Below, piece after piece: positions 63,129 through 64,000 of a stretch of 64,000 nucleotides of DNA. The stretch is taken from contig VMER01000002.1 in assembly GCA_007375645.1 (NCBI GenBank), positions 29,710 to 93,709 of the forward strand, read 5' to 3'. The stretch is from Parcubacteria group bacterium LiPW_15. Its GTDB lineage: Bacteria > Patescibacteriota > Minisyncoccia > UBA6257 > 2-01-FULL-56-20. The first letter of the stretch is position 1. Each line of letters begins with the position of its first letter. Both the position numbers and the translations under genes were made by a program. The notes beneath the pieces are model-generated. The model was not told the origin of the DNA. It ran no database searches and was given only the letters and a program-made list of their open reading frames with translations.

Positions 63129-64000
63129 ATGAATAAAAAACGCACTTTTTTCCGCTATTTATTGATCGGCGCGGCCTCTGTTTTTGGGATCGCGGTTTTG
63201 GCTGTTTTCATATTGAGCCGCGGCTTGCCCTCGATCGAAGAAATCGACTCCCGGGAGATAAGCCAGTCAACCAAGATACTCGATCGAACAGGCGCGGTTT
63301 TGCTTTATGATCTGAACTCCGGCGTCAAAAGAACTGTTATCCAGCCGGACCAAGTTCCGCAGTCCATAAGGGACGCGACTGTAGCGATAGAAGACGAGCG
63401 CTTCTATGAAGAGCCGGCGTTTGATTGGCGGGGAATCTTGCGCGCCTTTGTTGTAAATCTGACCAAGGGCAGCCCCTCGCAAGGAGCCTCCACCATAACC
63501 CAGCAATTGGCGAGAAACGCATTTCTTACCCCGGAAAAAACAATTATTCGCAAACTAAAGGAGTTGCTTTTGGCTGTCAGGCTTGATCGCCACTACAGCA
63601 AGGATCAAATCCTTTGGTATTACTTGAATGAGATTCCTTACGGTCCGACCACTTACGGCATAGAAGCGGCAAGTCAATCATACTTCAACAAGCCCGCAAA
63701 AGAACTGACGCTTGCCGAAAGCGCCATTCTTGCGGCGATTCCCAGAAATCCGATCTACTACGATCCGGGCGGTAGCCACATTCAGGATCTTTTGAGGCGA
63801 AAAGATCTGGTGCTTAAAAAGATGTTTGATCTTAAAAAAATAAGCGAAGCGGATTATAAAACCGCGACCGCTCAAAAAATACAGTTCCAGCCCGTCGCCC
63901 GCGGGATAAAAGCTCCGCACTTCGTGATGGCTGTGCAAGATTATTTGATCCAAAAATACGGCGAGGATTTGGTTCGAAAGGGCGGCCTGAAGATAACCAC
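63129..64000 (+). CDS. Penicillin-binding protein 1A (N-terminal TM plus GT51 transglycosylase). Partial: runs off the window.
   Basis: EDERFYEH-like (EDERFYEEP), GASTITQQLARN and RKLKELLLAVRL GT51 motifs. No stop before 64000. Confidence 0.85.
   Translation, partial: MNKKRTFFRYLLIGAASVFGIAVLAVFILSRGLPSIEEIDSREISQSTKILDRTGAVLLYDLNSGVKRTVIQPDQVPQSIRDATVAIEDERFYEEPAFDWRGILRAFVVNLTKGSPSQGASTITQQLARNAFLTPEKTIIRKLKELLLAVRLDRHYSKDQILWYYLNEIPYGPTTYGIEAASQSYFNKPAKELTLAESAILAAIPRNPIYYDPGGSHIQDLLRRKDLVLKKMFDLKKISEADYKTATAQKIQFQPVARGIKAPHFVMAVQDYLIQKYGEDLVRKGGLKIT

Noticed and set aside
1-64000. CRISPR arrays, rRNA, RNase P/SRP RNA, transposases
   Set aside because: I saw no spaced direct-repeat arrays, no rRNA-like conserved blocks and no transposase-like ORFs on reading either strand.

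Overview
The window is a 64-kb contig piece from a small-genome bacterium. Compact operons, a pilB-type ATPase, many glycosyltransferase and methyltransferase genes and a TM-anchored ClpC-like protein suggest a Patescibacteria/CPR-like lineage; this is inference only. Overall composition is moderately AT-rich. 

Layout by region:
- 1-14.7 kb: a minus-strand surface-glycan operon headed by rny. It holds GT4 glycosyltransferases, two FkbM and three class-I SAM methyltransferases, a CgeB-like protein, asnB and an O-antigen-ligase-family protein.
- 14.8-28.3 kb: housekeeping genes. These are gpmI, a holin-family protein, secG, a family-5 solute-binding protein, tRNA-Leu(CAG), rnj, trpS, a 1183-aa ileS and argS.
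- 28.4-38.5 kb: an accessory hotspot around smpB and ssrA. Two GC-rich ORFans split smpB from the tmRNA gene. A degenerate copy of the tmRNA 3' end plus terminator lies about 160 nt downstream. Next comes a 1057-aa TM-anchored KAP-family P-loop NTPase on the minus strand, then more GC-rich small ORFs, two secreted proteins, a PduO-type adenosyltransferase and an orphan ParB/Srx-domain protein.
- 38.6-64 kb: core genes. These are infC-rpmI-rplT, a NUDIX hydrolase, PolX, a ClpC-like protein, UDG4, tRNA-Arg(CCG), a permease, a beta-CASP hydrolase, a Mur ligase, ruvA, rpsT, holA, a histidine kinase, a 5'-3' exonuclease, tsaE, ruvB, pilB/gspE, yebC, ruvC and PBP1A (partial). Further GC-rich stand-alone cassettes are interspersed, each with a near-consensus promoter, a strong SD and an intrinsic terminator.

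Most notable observations:
1. ileS carries an in-frame histidine-phosphatase (PGM/SixA-like) domain inside its zinc-knuckle region and has a non-canonical GIHH in place of the HIGH motif.
2. The ssrA-adjacent KAP NTPase locus has att-like remnants.
3. Two copies of a roughly 100-nt element bounded by perfect 15-16-bp terminal inverted repeats each abut a start codon.
4. At least eight moron-like GC-rich ORFan cassettes are present.
5. A promoter-to-terminator unit of about 130 nt, C-rich with CCUCCU, lies between argS and smpB and may be an sRNA or attenuator.

I saw no CRISPR array, integrase/transposase or rRNA.
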